Below, piece after piece: positions 1 to 16,325 of a stretch of DNA of 64,000 nucleotides; positions within the stretch are counted from its first letter, which is position 1; the number at the start of each line of letters is the position of its first letter. Both the position numbers and the translations under genes were made by a program. Below the pieces are notes generated by a model that was not told the origin of the DNA, did no database searches, and saw nothing but the letters and a program-made list of their open reading frames with translations. Location: assembly GCF_054482525.1 (NCBI RefSeq), contig NZ_CM137006.1; one strand, written 5' to 3'.

Positions 1-306
1 TTTGTTCCCATGACATCGTATAGCGTTACGACCCTGGAACAATTGCGCCAACAACTTGAGGATGCCAGAGTAAATGGCTATGCATTTGATAACAGGGAAA
101 TCAATGAGGAGACGGTATGTTATGCTGTTGCCTTAAAACAGCGAAATAAAACGCTTGCCGCCATCAGCATTTCAATACCCGTATTTCGTGCGACAAAAGA
201 AAAAATTGCCGATGTCACGCGTATCCTGCTGAATGCACGTTCGCGTATTGAACAGGAACTCAACACCTTACAGGATATCAATATCGGTATTGATTCCCAC
301 CATTAA
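1..306 (+). CDS. IclR-family transcriptional regulator, C-terminal effector-domain fragment; the 5-prime end lies upstream of the window
   Basis: ORF 10..306 with the reading frame open back to position 1; the translation resembles an IclR-type C-terminal ligand-binding domain and no HTH is present, so the gene must start outside the window. Confidence 0.5.
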   Translation, partial: FVPMTSYSVTTLEQLRQQLEDARVNGYAFDNREINEETVCYAVALKQRNKTLAAISISIPVFRATKEKIADVTRILLNARSRIEQELNTLQDINIGIDSHH

Positions 307-382
307 GGGTATTTTCCATTCGAAGCCCGATACGTAAAAATTATCGGGCTAACAAAATATCCATTGAATGGATAGCGATGAA

Positions 383-1114
383 CTAGCTGCGCTGGCGCAC
401 CGCTTCAAATAAGCAAATTCCGGTCGCAACCGAAACGTTCAGGGAAGAAACACTTCCTGCCATTGGGATGCTGATCAACTCATCGCAATGTTCACGGGTC
501 AGGCGACGCATACCTTCACCTTCCGCGCCCATCACCAGCGCCAGGCGTCCGGTCATTTTGCTCTGATAGAGTGTATGATCCGCCTCGCCTGCCGTACCGA
601 CGATCCAGATATTCTCTTCCTGCAACATACGCATGGTGCGCGCCAGATTAGTCACCCGAATCAGCGGAACGCTTTCTGCCGCGCCGCAGGCTACTTTTTT
701 CGCCGTGGCGTTGAGCTGTGCGGAGCGATCTTTCGGCACAATCACCGCATGAACTCCTGCGGCGTCCGCGCTACGCAGGCACGCGCCGAGGTTGTGCGGA
801 TCGGTTACACCGTCGAGGATCAGCAGGAACGGTTGATCGAGCGAAGCGATCAGATCCGGCAGATCGTTTTCCTGATACTGACGTCCTGGCTTCACGCGGG
901 CAATAATGCCCTGATGCACGGCACCTTCGCTTTTCTCGTCGAGATACTGACGGTTCGCCAACTGGATAACCACGCCCTGGGACTCAAGGGCGTGAATCAG
1001 CGGCAACAGACGTTTATCTTCACGGCCTTTTAAAATAAAGACTTCCTGAAAACGTTCAGGGGCGCGCTCCAGCAGGGCCTGCACTGCGTGGATGCCGTAA
1101 ATCATTTCGCTCAT
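383..1114 (-). CDS. rlmB: 23S rRNA (guanosine-2-prime-O)-methyltransferase RlmB
   Basis: 243-aa ORF, SpoU/TrmH-type methyltransferase sequence recognised as E. coli RlmB; sits directly downstream of rnr as in K-12. Confidence 0.93.
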   Translation of the reverse strand: MSEMIYGIHAVQALLERAPERFQEVFILKGREDKRLLPLIHALESQGVVIQLANRQYLDEKSEGAVHQGIIARVKPGRQYQENDLPDLIASLDQPFLLILDGVTDPHNLGACLRSADAAGVHAVIVPKDRSAQLNATAKKVACGAAESVPLIRVTNLARTMRMLQEENIWIVGTAGEADHTLYQSKMTGRLALVMGAEGEGMRRLTREHCDELISIPMAGSVSSLNVSVATGICLFEAVRQRS

Positions 1115-1136
1115 TAATATACTCGTTGTTTACGTT

Positions 1137-1248
1137 TTGCCTGATGCACTACGTTTATCCGGCCTACATGCTCCCTGCAATATATTGAATTTGCGTGATT
1201 ATGTAGGCCGGATAAGGCGTTCACGCCGCATCCGGCATGAACAAAGCG
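1137..1248. repeat. REP/BIME element (two inverted REP units)
   Basis: Inverted copies of the REP motif (tgtaggccggataaggcgttcacgccgcatccggca and its partner ccggcctaca) in the rlmB-rnr intergenic region. Confidence 0.8.
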
Positions 1249-1294
1249 CATTTTGTCAGCAATCTAACCCTCTTCTGTTTGAAGAGGGTAATGA

Positions 1295-3736
1295 TCACTC
1301 TGCCACTTTTTTCTTCGCCGCACGCTTCGCTTTGGTCGCTGCGGCTATTTTCTGCGTTTTCGCCGATGGCTTTTTCGCTTTTCTCGCGTCTTTCTTCGCC
1401 GCTTTCGGCTTCGGTTTTTTCTCGCCGCGGAAGGCGCTGTCTGGCTCAAAGTTTACCTTTTTACCGACCTGACGACGCTTGCCGCCTTTTTTACCTGCAT
1501 CGCCTTTTTTCGCTTTCTCGCGCGCCGTTTTACCGACGTTGCGCGGTGCGCGTTCGCTGGAGATCAGGCTAAAGTCGATTTTACGCTCGTCCATATTAAC
1601 CGCTTCGACGCGAACTTCCACGCGATCGCCCAGGCGATAAGTCTGGCCGCTGGATTCACCCATCAGGCGTTGCCCTACCTGGTCAAAGCGATAGTAGTCA
1701 TTGTCCAGCGAAGAGACATGGACCAGACCATCAATGAACAAGTCGTCCAGACGGACGAAGAAGCCAAAGCCAGTGACGCTGGAAATTACGCCTTTAAAGA
1801 CGTTACCTACCTGGTCGAGCATGAAGTCACACTTCAGCCAGTCAGCTACATCGCGTGTTGCTTCGTCGGCACGACGTTCCGCCATCGAACAGTGCTGACC
1901 CAGTTGCAGCATCTCTTCCATCGAATAATGGTAACCGCCGGTTTCAGTAGTGTTGCCCTGATGCCCCTGCTCTTTCGCCAGCAGATACTTAATGGCGCGG
2001 TGCAGCGTCAGGTCAGGATAACGACGAATCGGCGAAGTAAAGTGCGCATAGGACTGCAATGCCAGACCGAAGTGACCACGGTTTTCTGGATCGTAAATCG
2101 CCTGTTTCATCGAGCGCAGCAGCATGGTTTGCAGCATTTCTGCGTCAGGACGATCGGCAACCGACTCTAGCAACTCCGCGTAATCACGCGGTTCCGGCTT
2201 GTTACCGCCCGGCAGTTCCAGCCCCAGCTCCGCCAGCACTGAACGGAAAGAGGTAATCGCTTCGGTGCTCGGCTTATCGTGAATACGGAACAGTGCTGGT
2301 TCTTTGGCTTTCTCAACGAAACGCGCCGCCGAGATATTCGCCAGAATCATGCACTCTTCAATTAACTTGTGTGCGTCGTTACGCTGAGTCTGTTCGATAC
2401 GCTCAATACGGCGTTCAGCGTTGAAAATGAACTTCGCTTCTTCGCTCTCAAATGAGATCCCGCCACGTTCTTCACGGGCTTTATCCAGCACTTTATAGAG
2501 GTTATGCAACTCTTCGAGATGCTTAACCAGCGGGGCGTACTGCTCGCGCAGATCCTGATCGCCCTGCAGAATATGCCAGACTTTGGTGTAGGTCAGACGT
2601 GCGTGAGAGCTCATTACCGCTTCATAGAATTTGTAGCCAGTCAGGCGGCCTTTCGACGAAACCGTCATCTCGCACACCATACACAGGCGGTCTACCTGCG
2701 GGTTGAGCGAACACAGACCGTTAGAGAGCACTTCCGGCAGCATCGGGATAACCTGCGAAGGGAAGTACACCGACGTACCACGGTTACGCGCTTCTCTGTC
2801 CAGCGGTGTTGGCGGACGCACATAGTAGCTGACGTCGGCAATCGCGACCCATAAACGCCAGCCGCCGCCGCGTTTTTTCTCGCAGTAAACTGCATCGTCA
2901 AAGTCACGGGCGTCTTCGCCATCAATGGTGACCAGCGGTAAATCGCGCAGATCGACACGGCCCTCTTTTGCTTCTTCCGGCACTTCTTCTTTCAGCCCGG
3001 CAACCTGTTGCTCAACAGCCTGCGGCCAGATGTACGGAATTTCATGGGTGCGCAGAGCGATATCGACCGCCATGCCAGTACCCATATTGTCGCCAAGTAC
3101 TTCGACGATTTTACCCACCGCTTTGGTACGGCGAGTCGGGCGTTGGGTCAGTTCAACCACCACCACAAAGCCCATCCGCGCGCCCATGATCTGATCGGGC
3201 GGGATTAAGATATCGAAGCTCAAACGACTGTCGTCAGGAACCACAAAGCCGACGCCCGCTTCGGTAAAGTAGCGACCAACAATCTGGCTGGTTTTTGGCA
3301 CCAGTACGCGGACAATACGCGCTTCACGACGACCTTTACGGTCAGCACCCAGCGGCTGCGCCAGCACCTGATCGCCATGAATGCAGGTTTTCATCTGCTC
3401 GCTGGAGAGATACAAATCATCTTTACGCCCTTCAACCCGCAGAAAGCCGTAGCCATCACGGTGGCCAATAACGGTACCTTTCACCAGGTCGAGGCGTTCC
3501 GGCAGCGCATAGCACTGACGACGAGTGAAGACCAGTTGACCATCGCGCTCCATCGCGCGCAGGCGGCGACGCAGGCCTTCAAGCTGCTCTTCGCCTTCAA
3601 TGTGCAGTTCTACCGCCAGCTCATCACGGCTGGCCGGTTTTTCACGTTTGGTTAAATGTTCGAGGATAAATTCCCGACTAGGGATGGGATTCGCGTATTT
3701 TTCAGCTTCGCGTTCCTGGAAAGGATCTTGTGACAT
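1295..3736 (-). CDS. rnr: Ribonuclease R (3-prime to 5-prime exoribonuclease) with lysine-rich C-terminal tail
   Basis: 827-aa ORF; conserved start [23 protein letters not shown] at the 15th codon gives 813 aa; RNB and S1 domain sequence recognised. Confidence 0.93.
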   Translation of the reverse strand: MSQDPFQEREAEKYANPIPSREFILEHLTKREKPASRDELAVELHIEGEEQLEGLRRRLRAMERDGQLVFTRRQCYALPERLDLVKGTVIGHRDGYGFLRVEGRKDDLYLSSEQMKTCIHGDQVLAQPLGADRKGRREARIVRVLVPKTSQIVGRYFTEAGVGFVVPDDSRLSFDILIPPDQIMGARMGFVVVVELTQRPTRRTKAVGKIVEVLGDNMGTGMAVDIALRTHEIPYIWPQAVEQQVAGLKEEVPEEAKEGRVDLRDLPLVTIDGEDARDFDDAVYCEKKRGGGWRLWVAIADVSYYVRPPTPLDREARNRGTSVYFPSQVIPMLPEVLSNGLCSLNPQVDRLCMVCEMTVSSKGRLTGYKFYEAVMSSHARLTYTKVWHILQGDQDLREQYAPLVKHLEELHNLYKVLDKAREERGGISFESEEAKFIFNAERRIERIEQTQRNDAHKLIEECMILANISAARFVEKAKEPALFRIHDKPSTEAITSFRSVLAELGLELPGGNKPEPRDYAELLESVADRPDAEMLQTMLLRSMKQAIYDPENRGHFGLALQSYAHFTSPIRRYPDLTLHRAIKYLLAKEQGHQGNTTETGGYHYSMEEMLQLGQHCSMAERRADEATRDVADWLKCDFMLDQVGNVFKGVISSVTGFGFFVRLDDLFIDGLVHVSSLDNDYYRFDQVGQRLMGESSGQTYRLGDRVEVRVEAVNMDERKIDFSLISSERAPRNVGKTAREKAKKGDAGKKGGKRRQVGKKVNFEPDSAFRGEKKPKPKAAKKDARKAKKPSAKTQKIAAATKAKRAAKKKVAE

Positions 3737-3774
3737 CTCGGTTCCTCCGTTGTCATCTCTGATGAAGATTTTCG

Positions 3775-4200
3775 TCACTCCACCAGCAATAATTTATAAA
3801 GCGGTTGATTCTCTTCAACCAAATCGGCAAGCGTGTAGTTATCCAGTTCCGTAAGAAAACTTTGCACGGCCTTAGAAAGCGCCTGTTTCAACCGACAGGC
3901 AGGTGTAATGTGGCAAAACTCACTGCTGCAATTCACCAGCGATAAGGGCTCCAGCTCGCGCACCACATCACCAATACGTATCGCACTCGCCGGTTTACCC
4001 AGACGAATGCCGCCATTTTTTCCACGAACAGCAGTCACGTAGCCGGCACGACTAAGTTGATTGATTATTTTGACCATATGATTACGGGAGACGCCGTAGA
4101 CGTCAGTCACTTCAGAAATACTGGTCATCCGCCCTTCTGGCAATGACGCCATGTAGATCAGCGCACGTAATCCGTAATCAGTGAAACTCGTTAACTGCAC
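3775..4200 (-). CDS. nsrR: Nitric-oxide-sensitive Rrf2-family repressor NsrR
   Basis: 141-aa ORF with an Rrf2 winged-helix N-terminus and a cysteine cluster; position between purA and rnr. Confidence 0.92.
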
Positions 4201-4404
4201 ATCAACCTCAAAAGGGAAATCGGGAAAAAATACATTTATATTGATGATAAACCAGCCACAAGCTGTGTCGCTAATTTATTTCAGTTCGGGGAAGGAAAAA
4301 AGCGAGGATTTAACACTGTGTCGGATAGCGTAATGGCTTACCCGACACAGCAATGTATCACACTGTTAGCCCAGCAGGCAAAATATCTGCCAGGCGTACC
4401 AGAA

Positions 4405-5706
<1,302 letters not shown>

Positions 5707-5806
5707 TCAAAATCACCGTTTGCTTAAAAATGGATTCTACCATCGCTTTTTCAGAGTTACAGCACTTTTTGCACTCAAAAATGACCTCGATCAGTCTGTT
5801 TTTTGT

Positions 5807-6004
5807 TCAGCCAATCGTTTTCCTCAACATGTAGTAGACCACAACGCCCGCAACCACAAGTCCACCGCCAAAACGACGTAAAATATTATCGGGCAAATTG
5901 GTCATCGCAGAGATCATCTTCTTCCATGCCTTCGGGTAAAGCATCGGCCCTAAACCTTCCAGTACCAAAACCAGGGCAAGCGCCAGCCAGATTGTCGAAT
6001 TCAT
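5807..6004 (-). CDS. yjeT: Small inner-membrane protein YjeT (DUF2065)
   Basis: 65-aa hydrophobic ORF between purA and hflC, as in K-12. Confidence 0.8.
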   Translation of the reverse strand: MNSTIWLALALVLVLEGLGPMLYPKAWKKMISAMTNLPDNILRRFGGGLVVAGVVVYYMLRKTIG

Positions 6005-6085
6005 TGATTATCCTTATAGAAAAAGAAAACCACCGACATCCCTGAGGATGCGGTGGCTTTATTGACCTGTACCGCAGTCGTTATA

Positions 6086-7090
6086 TTAACGCGTTGCGGA
6101 AGTCGGCGTCTTCATGTAGCGGAAGAAATCGCTATCCGGGCTCATGACCATCACGTCCTGATTGCCAGAGAAGCTGTTCTCATAAGCACGCAGGCTACGG
6201 ATAAATGCGTAGAAGTCCGGATCTTTACTGAATGCATCAGCAAACAGTTTGGCTGCTTCTGCATCGCCTTCACCACGCATGATGCGGCCCTGACGCTCAG
6301 CTTCAGCCAGCGTTCTGGTCACTTCATAGTCGGCAGTCGCGCGCAGTTTTTCCGCTTCTTCCTGACCTTGTGAACGGTGACGACGCGCTACCGCTTCACG
6401 CTCGGCGCGCATACGGTTGTAGATCGCTTCAGACACTTCGGTCGGCAGGTTGATCTGCTTAATTCGCACATCGACAACTTCAATACCCAGCGCCGCCATA
6501 CTGTTCGGGTTGATGACCGGAACTTTGCCCTTCGTCTCAGCCGTTACGCGCTCTGCCGCTTCGGCAATGGCGTTATCTGCCGCCGGGGTAGTAACTTCAT
6601 CTTCTGTACCCGCAGAACCGGAGTTCAGCGCGTCACGTACTTCGAGGGTCAGACGACCACGGGAATCGGTGACGATGTCTTTCACGTCCAGACGACCAAT
6701 TTCAGAACGCAGACGGTCAGAGAACTTACGTTTCAACAGCACTTCCGCTTGCGAAATGTCGCCACCGCCCGTTGCCAGGTAGTAACGGCTGAAATCGCTG
6801 ATGCGCCATTTGATGTAAGAGTCGACGATCAGGTCTTTCTTCTCTTTGGTCACAAAGCGGTCGGCCTGGTTGTCCATGGTCTGAATACGTGCGTCGAGCA
6901 TTTTCACCGTTTCAATGAACGGTATCTTGAAATGCAGACCCGGCTCATAAACCAGAGGTTTGTTGTCATCGTCACGCAGTACCTTACCAAAACGCAGCGT
7001 AATACCGCGCTCACCTTCTTTGACGACAAAGACAGACATGTAAAGCACTACCAGCACGATGATGATAATCGCGATAACTGACTTACGCAT
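6086..7090 (-). CDS. hflC: FtsH protease modulator HflC
   Basis: 334-aa ORF, SPFH/band-7 protein with an N-terminal TM segment; immediately downstream of hflK. Confidence 0.95.
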   Translation of the reverse strand: MRKSVIAIIIIVLVVLYMSVFVVKEGERGITLRFGKVLRDDDNKPLVYEPGLHFKIPFIETVKMLDARIQTMDNQADRFVTKEKKDLIVDSYIKWRISDFSRYYLATGGGDISQAEVLLKRKFSDRLRSEIGRLDVKDIVTDSRGRLTLEVRDALNSGSAGTEDEVTTPAADNAIAEAAERVTAETKGKVPVINPNSMAALGIEVVDVRIKQINLPTEVSEAIYNRMRAEREAVARRHRSQGQEEAEKLRATADYEVTRTLAEAERQGRIMRGEGDAEAAKLFADAFSKDPDFYAFIRSLRAYENSFSGNQDVMVMSPDSDFFRYMKTPTSATR

Positions 7091-7092
7091 CG

Positions 7093-8352
7093 TTATTCCC
7101 CCTGACGCTGGTAGTCGTTACGCTGCGCGTTGGCGCGGCGTTGGTCCATAATATCGCCCTGACTGGTGGACGACGTGTTGCTTGCTCCACTGGTTGTGGT
7201 GGAAGAGGCTGGCGGCAGACGCAGCAGATTGCTGGCACCATTATCGCTCTTCGCCGCAGGGGCGTTACCACCTTTCAGCATCTGGTCTAACGGCAGAACC
7301 ATCAGGTTGCCACCTTTATCGTTAACCAGCACTTTGCGGGTGTTGCCCAACACTTTTTCCATCGTCTCGATATACAGACGCTCGCGAGTAATTTCCGGCG
7401 CGGCTTTATATTCCGGCAGAAGTTTAGCAAAGCGCGCCACTTCACCCTGAGCTTCCAGGATGGTCTGGGCCTTGTATGCACGCGCCTCTTCGAGGATACG
7501 TTGCGCCTGACCGTTCGCACGCGGCTGAACTTCGTTGGTATACGCTTCTGCTTCACGAATATATTGCTGTTCGTTTTCACGCGCGGCAATCGCATCGTCA
7601 AACGCCGCTTTTACTTCTTCCGGCGGACGAGCTGCCTGGAAGTTGACGTCCAGCAGCGTGATACCCATGTCATACGGACGAATCGTCTCTTCCAGTTCGC
7701 GCTGAGTATCGCTACGAATCACGGTACGACCTTCCGTCAGAATGCGGTCCATGGTGTATTTACCGATAACCCCACGCAGGGCGCTGTCGGTAGCCTGACG
7801 CAGGCTGTCATCCGGGCTGGTCACGCTATACAGATATTTTTCCGGATTGGTGACGCGGTACTGCACGTTCATCTCAACGCGCACTACGTTCTCGTCCGAC
7901 GTCAGCATCACACCAGAAGCGGCCAGTTCACGCACGGCTTCCACGTTCACCGGTTTGACTTCGTCGATAAACGTCGGTTTCCAGTTCAGACCCGGCTCAA
8001 CCAGATGGCTGAATTTACCAAAGCGTGTTACCACGCCACGTTCGGCTTCTTTAATGGTATAGAAACCACTGGCCGCCCAGATAATGACAATCGCTGCCGC
8101 TGCGATGGTAACGACACGACCGCCAAGCTGCGGGCGCGGGCCTTGCGATGAACTGCCACCGCCAGATCCGGTGCCTTTACTGCCGCCCAGACCACCGAGC
8201 TTTTTGCTCAGTTTGCGGAAGATATCATCTAAATCAGGTGGCCCTTGATCGCGACCGCCTTTGTTTCCATTTCCCTCAGAGTTGCCGCCAGGTTTGCTGC
8301 TTCCCCACGGGTCGCGGTCTTGTCCGTTATTACCGGGCTGATTCCACGCCAT
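7093..8352 (-). CDS. hflK: FtsH protease modulator HflK
   Basis: 419-aa ORF with a Gly-rich N-terminus and SPFH domain. Confidence 0.95.
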   Translation of the reverse strand: MAWNQPGNNGQDRDPWGSSKPGGNSEGNGNKGGRDQGPPDLDDIFRKLSKKLGGLGGSKGTGSGGGSSSQGPRPQLGGRVVTIAAAAIVIIWAASGFYTIKEAERGVVTRFGKFSHLVEPGLNWKPTFIDEVKPVNVEAVRELAASGVMLTSDENVVRVEMNVQYRVTNPEKYLYSVTSPDDSLRQATDSALRGVIGKYTMDRILTEGRTVIRSDTQRELEETIRPYDMGITLLDVNFQAARPPEEVKAAFDDAIAARENEQQYIREAEAYTNEVQPRANGQAQRILEEARAYKAQTILEAQGEVARFAKLLPEYKAAPEITRERLYIETMEKVLGNTRKVLVNDKGGNLMVLPLDQMLKGGNAPAAKSDNGASNLLRLPPASSTTTSGASNTSSTSQGDIMDQRRANAQRNDYQRQGE

Positions 8353-8437
8353 GTTTGTGCTCCATATTTGTTATGCGGTGATCCCTGTTGTCTTTCGACG
8401 CCAGAGGATATGACTCCACGCTTCAGACGCTACGCCG

Positions 8438-9718
8438 TTAGATCAGGTAATCGATCAACGCCGGTTCTTGTTTACAGAGGCGACGCCAGTCAACGATCGG
8501 CATACGAACTTGCAGACTTACGCTGCCGTCCTCCTCCATCCACTCTTTTTCTATTGCCTGAAGCTGATAAAAACGACTTCTCAGACGCCCTTCCTGCGGT
8601 GGCAGACGCAATGTATGCTGCGCCACCTCGCCGGAAAGCCGCTCCGTCAAAGCCTGAAAAAGCTGTGGTATCCCCGCTCCGGTCTGTGCGGAAAGCCAGA
8701 CACGGATCGGTTTGTTCTCTTCGTCCCGATCAATACGCGGTTCGAAATCTTCCAGCATATCGATCTTGTTCATCACCAGCAGGGTTGGGATCTCGTGAGC
8801 GTCGATCTCTTCAAGAACCGTATTCACCGCTTCGATGTTTTCTTGTACACGCACATCCGCCGCATCAATGACGTGCAGCAGCAATGTGGCTTGCCGCGTC
8901 TCTTGTAACGTGGCTTTAAATGCCGCCACCAGATCGTGCGGCAGGTGGCGAATAAACCCTACGGTATCTGCCAACACGGTTTCACCGACATCTGCGACGT
9001 CAATACGCCGCAACGTCGGGTCGAGGGTGGCAAACAACTGGTCTGCCGCGTAGACCCGCGCTTCGGTGATGCGATTGAAAAGGGTAGATTTACCGGCGTT
9101 GGTATATCCCACCAGCGAAACAGTAGGAACGTCGGCTTTGATACGCGATTGCCGCCCCTGCTCACGCTGCTTTTCAACTCTTTCCAGGCGCGACTGTATC
9201 TGCACGATGCGATTACGCAACAAACGACGGTCGGTTTCGAGCTGGGTTTCACCCGGACCACGCAAACCTATCCCGCCTTTCTGTCTTTCAAGGTGGGTCC
9301 AGCCACGCACCAGGCGCGTAGCCAGATGGCGCAGCTGCGCCAGCTCAACCTGCAACTTACCCTCATGGGTACGCGCACGTTGGGCGAAAATATCTAAAAT
9401 AAGGCCGGTGCGGTCGATGACACGACACTCGCACAAACGCTCCAGGTTACGCTCTTGCGCCGGGCTCAGGGCATGGTCAAAAAGAACGACCGAAGCACCC
9501 GTCGCTTTGACAGCTTCCGCAATTTCAACTGCTTTACCTTCACCTACAAAATACTTTGGGTGCGGCGCTTTACGGCTACCGGTAATCACCTGCAATGCTT
9601 CGACACCGGCGGAAGAGACCAGAGATTCAAACTCCTGGAGGTCTTCCATATCTTTGTCTTGCGTAAAATAGATGTGTACCAGTACCGCCTGCTCACCAGC
9701 ATCATAACGGTCAAACAA
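8438..9718 (-). CDS. hflX: Ribosome-associated GTPase HflX
   Basis: 426-aa ORF with G1 motif GYTNAGKST and DTVGF. Confidence 0.95.
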   Translation of the reverse strand: MFDRYDAGEQAVLVHIYFTQDKDMEDLQEFESLVSSAGVEALQVITGSRKAPHPKYFVGEGKAVEIAEAVKATGASVVLFDHALSPAQERNLERLCECRVIDRTGLILDIFAQRARTHEGKLQVELAQLRHLATRLVRGWTHLERQKGGIGLRGPGETQLETDRRLLRNRIVQIQSRLERVEKQREQGRQSRIKADVPTVSLVGYTNAGKSTLFNRITEARVYAADQLFATLDPTLRRIDVADVGETVLADTVGFIRHLPHDLVAAFKATLQETRQATLLLHVIDAADVRVQENIEAVNTVLEEIDAHEIPTLLVMNKIDMLEDFEPRIDRDEENKPIRVWLSAQTGAGIPQLFQALTERLSGEVAQHTLRLPPQEGRLRSRFYQLQAIEKEWMEEDGSVSLQVRMPIVDWRRLCKQEPALIDYLI

Positions 9719-9794
9719 GCGTATAACCCTCTAAATAGATCAGCGGGGAACGCAGGATCGCTGGCTCCCCGTGTAAAAAAAACAGCCCGAAACC

Positions 9795-10115
<321 letters not shown>

Positions 10116-10188
10116 TTATATGCTTATTTGTACTTTGAACCTTTCGATTCTGAAAAAATTGCGCACGATACGTCTCAATTGTACACAT

Positions 10189-11139
10189 TCAGCCTGCGAT
10201 AGCACCAACAACCTGTAATACTTCATCACGCGCCTGTTCTGGTTTTTCACTGTCAAGCCAGTGAACCCCTTCCCAACCACGCAGCCAGGTTATCTGCCGC
10301 TTCGCCAACTGTCTCGTGGCGCAAACACCTCGATAAACCATTTCATCGTATGAGATTTCGCCTTCAAGGTAAGACCACATCTGGCGATAACCCACGCAAC
10401 GAATGGAAGGCAAATCCGTATGCAAATCTCCTCGGGCAAAAAGCGCCCGGACTTCTGCTTCAAAACCTGAAGCCAACATCTGATGAAAACGCTGCTCAAT
10501 TCGTTGATGGAGCAGTTCACGGCTCGCCGGGGCGATGGCGAACTGATGCACCTGATACGGTAGAGCGTCTCCTGACGTTTGCGTCAGTTCCGTTAAAGTT
10601 TTACCCGAAATGAAAAAAACTTCCAGTGCCCGGGAAAGCCTTTGTGGATCATTTGGATGAATCCTTGCTGCCGCAACCGGATCGATCTCCTGAAGTTGAC
10701 GATGCAATGACTCCCAACCTTGCTCTGCCGCCTGTTGCTCAATTCTGGCCCGCACTTCCGGGTCTGCCGACGGTAGCGGCGACAACCCTTCCAGCAATGC
10801 CTTGAAATACAACATCGTACCGCCCACTAACAGTGGGATCCGCCCCGCTGCGGTGATATCGGCCATTTCCGCCAGCGCATCGCGGCGAAAATCAGCAGCC
10901 GAGTAAGCCTGCGACGGATCGCGAATATCCAGCAATCGGTGCGGCGCGGCGAGTAACTCTTCAGCGTTCGGCTTCGCCGTCCCGATATCCATCCCTTTGT
11001 AAATAAGGGCAGAATCAACGCTTATCAACTCTACTGGTAAAATTTTACGCAGCTCAATGGCTAACGCCGTTTTACCGGAGGCCGTCGGCCCCATCAAAAA
11101 AATCGCCTTAGGCAGGCTCGCCTTACTGATATCACTCAT
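10189..11139 (-). CDS. miaA: tRNA dimethylallyltransferase MiaA
   Basis: 316-aa ORF with P-loop GPTASGKT near the N-terminus. Confidence 0.95.
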
Positions 11140-12979
11140 CTTTCAGGGCTTTTATCGCCGGATGTAAATCAACAGATTGTAACAGACCACCCGGCGGCGT
11201 TTTCACAAGTTGCGGACATAACCGTTCCACGTCCGCCAGCAGGGTTATGGCCTGCGCCATTGACCACTGCGCATGTTCGCTCATCAGATTTCGTGCAATC
11301 CACTGCGCAATATTGCCAGGTTCGAATACGGACTGCTTCGCCAGGTAGCCTATCAGTTCAGGAATCAAGATTTGTAAATTTTGTTGGCGTAAGGGTAAAG
11401 GCACGGCCCTGATGGTCACATGCTGTGCATCTGACTGGAAATCAATACCCAATTCCGCCAGGGCAGACTGCGCTTTTTCTAATGCCGATTTTTCTTCACC
11501 AGAAACTTTTAGCCGCAGCGGAATCAGCAACGGCTGGGCGCAAACTGGCGCTTCACCCGGCGTCAGTTGCGCCTGACGCAGCCAACGTTCTGCCACTGGC
11601 AAGGCTAAAAGTGAAATGTTGCCGTCGCGCTCCAGCAACGCACAGTCGGAATGGACGATAGTCAGTACCCGACCAAAACTCTGACTGTTCGCCGCAAGTG
11701 CAGGTTCCTGCGGTTCTGGCGCTTTTGGTTTTTGCATCGGCGCGGGCGTTTGCAAAAGCTGGCGATACACTTCACCTTGCTGTTTCTGGTAACCTGGCTG
11801 CGCATTCGGCCAGGGGGCAGCCGGACGACTGCCTGAGGCGGGCGCAGGAGTGTAACGCGGAGCTACTGGCTCACGAACTGCCGGTTCAGCAAAATGATTG
11901 CGCCCCGCCGCCACGCGGTTTTCCGGGATGGCGCGCGGTGCAGGTTGTGGTTCATCGTCCAGCGGTAGCGGCGTTTCCAGTTGCTGTTGTAGCACGCTCA
12001 GCACGCCCTGATAGATAAAATCATGCACCAGACGCGACTGATGGAAACGCACTTCGTGTTTGGCAGGGTGCACGTTGACGTCCACCTGATGTGGGTCGAT
12101 CTCCAGATACAGCACAAATGCCGGTTGCTGATCGGCCCCCAGTTTGTCTTCACAGGCCTGGCGGATCGCGTGATTGATCAGGCGATCGCGCATCATGCGA
12201 CCATTCACATAGCAATACTGAATTTCCGCCAGTGCGGGCGTGGTGTGATTCGGATCTGCCACCCAGCCGCGCAGCGTAAGATCGCCGTGTTGCCATTCAA
12301 TCGCCAGCGCTTGTTCGAGAAAAGCGGTGCCGCAAATCGCGCCTAAGCGCCGTTCTTTTTGCCCGCCTTCCGGCACTGCGCGGTACTGACGCACAATTTT
12401 ACCGTTATGCGACAGGTTGATCGTGACGTCGAAACGCGCCAGCGCAATGCGGCGAATAATTTCATCGATATGGTTAAATTCGGTTTTCTCGGTGCGCAGG
12501 AATTTGCGCCGCGCCGGGGTGTTGTAGAACAGATCCAGCACCTCCAGCGTTGTTCCCACAGGATGCGCCGCCGGTTTTACCGTCACGTCCATATCGCGCC
12601 CTTCGGCATAGGCCTGCCAGGCTTCCTGCTGTTCTGCGGTACGTGAAGTGAGCGTCAGGCGGGAAACCGAACTGATACTCGCCAGAGCCTCACCGCGAAA
12701 GCCCAGGCTGATAATGGCTTCGAGATCGTCCAGAGAGGCGATTTTACTGGTGGCATGACGAGCCAGCGCCAGCGCCAGCTCATCTTTTTTGATACCGCAG
12801 CCGTTATCACGAATGCGGATAAGTTTCGCCCCACCGCGTTCGATATCAATATCGATACGCGTCGCACCTGCATCGAGGCTGTTTTCCACCAGTTCTTTGA
12901 CTACCGACGCAGGTCGCTCGACCACCTCACCTGCGGCAATCTGGTTCGCCAGTTGTGGCGGTAAGACCTGAATTGGCAT
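11132..12979 (-). CDS. mutL: DNA mismatch repair protein MutL
   Basis: 616-aa ORF; GHKL ATPase N-terminus; conserved start [38 protein letters not shown] taken at the second Met. Confidence 0.95.
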
Positions 12980-12988
12980 CAATCGTCC

Positions 12989-14326
12989 TTAGTTTGGCAG
13001 CGTGCGATCTGGCGTCGTCACCGTACTGGCAGTTTGTGCCGCTGTACCCTGCGGCGCAGATTGCATCGGATGCGCAAGGAAATAATTACGCAGGCCTTTG
13101 TAAATGGCTTCTGCCAGCTGTTGTTGGTAATCGTCGCTCGCCAGCAAACGTTCTTCGCTGTTGTTGCTGATAAAACCGGTTTCGACCAGTACTGATGGGA
13201 TATCCGGCGAACGCAGAACGCCAAGGCTGGCGTGTTCTGGTCGACGTTTATGTATTTCGCCAATGCGTTGCAACTGGCTGATCATACTGGTCGCTACATC
13301 ATACCCTACACGCTGGGAATGACCGAACTGTAAATCCAGCACCGCCTGGCTTAAATAGGGATCAGACTGACTGTTCGCCAGCACATCGCCCGCTCCGCCC
13401 AGCAGCTCCGACTGTTTCTCATGCTGTTCCAGCCAGCTTGCCATCTCGCTGTTTGCACGACGGTTTGAGAGCACCCATACGGAAGCGCCAGTCGCACTGC
13501 GGTTCGGTGCGGCATCAGCGTGAATCGACACGAGGAAATTGGCGTTTTGCTTACGTGCCACATCGCTGCGCCCCATCACCGAGATAAAGTAATCCCCGTC
13601 ACGGGTTAAAACGCCTTTAAACATTGGATCGTCATTGAGCAAAGTACGCAATTTACGTGCGATGGCGATGGTGACATTTTTCTCCCGCGTACCGCCGGGG
13701 CCGATAGCGCCAGGGTCCTGACCGCCGTGTCCTGCATCAATAGCGATGATAATTTTATCGCCAGTGTTAGCCGTCGCACGCGCTGCCGGACGCGTTACCG
13801 TATTACTGCTGATAACACCTGTAGTGCGGTTACTTTCCGTTTTAAACGGATTGCGCGCCGGTTCGCTGACGCGCGGTGCGACAACCGCAGGCGTTTCAAC
13901 GCGTTTCGCAACCACAGGCGGCGGAGGAGGCGGTGGCGGCACATCGGCGTTAATCGTAAAGACGACAGTGTAATTGCTGCCATTCTGCCGCTTCACCGCT
14001 TCGGTTTTACCGTTTTCGGTAAGATCGACCACCAGCCGTAGCGTTTGTGCATCTTTAGGTGTTCCGGAGCGAATCGCCTTCACCAGATTATTGCCGCTAA
14101 ACAACAACGGCAGCCCCTGAATTACCCCCGTTTGTTTGATATCGAGCGCCACGGTGCGTTTGCTTTGATGGCTAAACGCATAATCAGGATCGCCAATAAA
14201 ACTCAACGTTATCCGCGCCTGTTGGTTGCCGTTAGAAACCTGAATATCAGAGAGCGTCGCGGCACCCACCTGCGCGCACAGCAGCAGCAACGTCGCTACC
14301 AACCAATTTCTGATGCGATACATCAT
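12989..14326 (-). CDS. amiB: N-acetylmuramoyl-L-alanine amidase AmiB
   Basis: 450-aa ORF; start MMYRIRNWL (445 aa); signal peptide, polyproline linker, Amidase_3 domain. Confidence 0.93.
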   Translation of the reverse strand: MMYRIRNWLVATLLLLCAQVGAATLSDIQVSNGNQQARITLSFIGDPDYAFSHQSKRTVALDIKQTGVIQGLPLLFSGNNLVKAIRSGTPKDAQTLRLVVDLTENGKTEAVKRQNGSNYTVVFTINADVPPPPPPPPVVAKRVETPAVVAPRVSEPARNPFKTESNRTTGVISSNTVTRPAARATANTGDKIIIAIDAGHGGQDPGAIGPGGTREKNVTIAIARKLRTLLNDDPMFKGVLTRDGDYFISVMGRSDVARKQNANFLVSIHADAAPNRSATGASVWVLSNRRANSEMASWLEQHEKQSELLGGAGDVLANSQSDPYLSQAVLDLQFGHSQRVGYDVATSMISQLQRIGEIHKRRPEHASLGVLRSPDIPSVLVETGFISNNSEERLLASDDYQQQLAEAIYKGLRNYFLAHPMQSAPQGTAAQTASTVTTPDRTLPN

Positions 14327-14344
14327 CCCGCCACCTTTCAAAGG

Positions 14345-16323
<1,979 letters not shown>

Positions 16324-16325
<2 letters not shown>

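Noticed and set aside
488-1033. 181-aa plus-strand ORF
   Set aside because: Entirely antisense to rlmB; no independent signals, so spurious.
1295-1500. Low-complexity lysine/alanine-rich coding stretch
   Set aside because: It is the basic C-terminal tail of RNase R, not a separate gene or repeat element.
6377-7081. 234-aa plus-strand ORF
   Set aside because: Antisense within hflC; spurious.
13900-13945. GC-rich repeat ggcggaggaggcggtggcgg
   Set aside because: It encodes the polyproline linker (PPPPPPPP) of AmiB on the minus strand.
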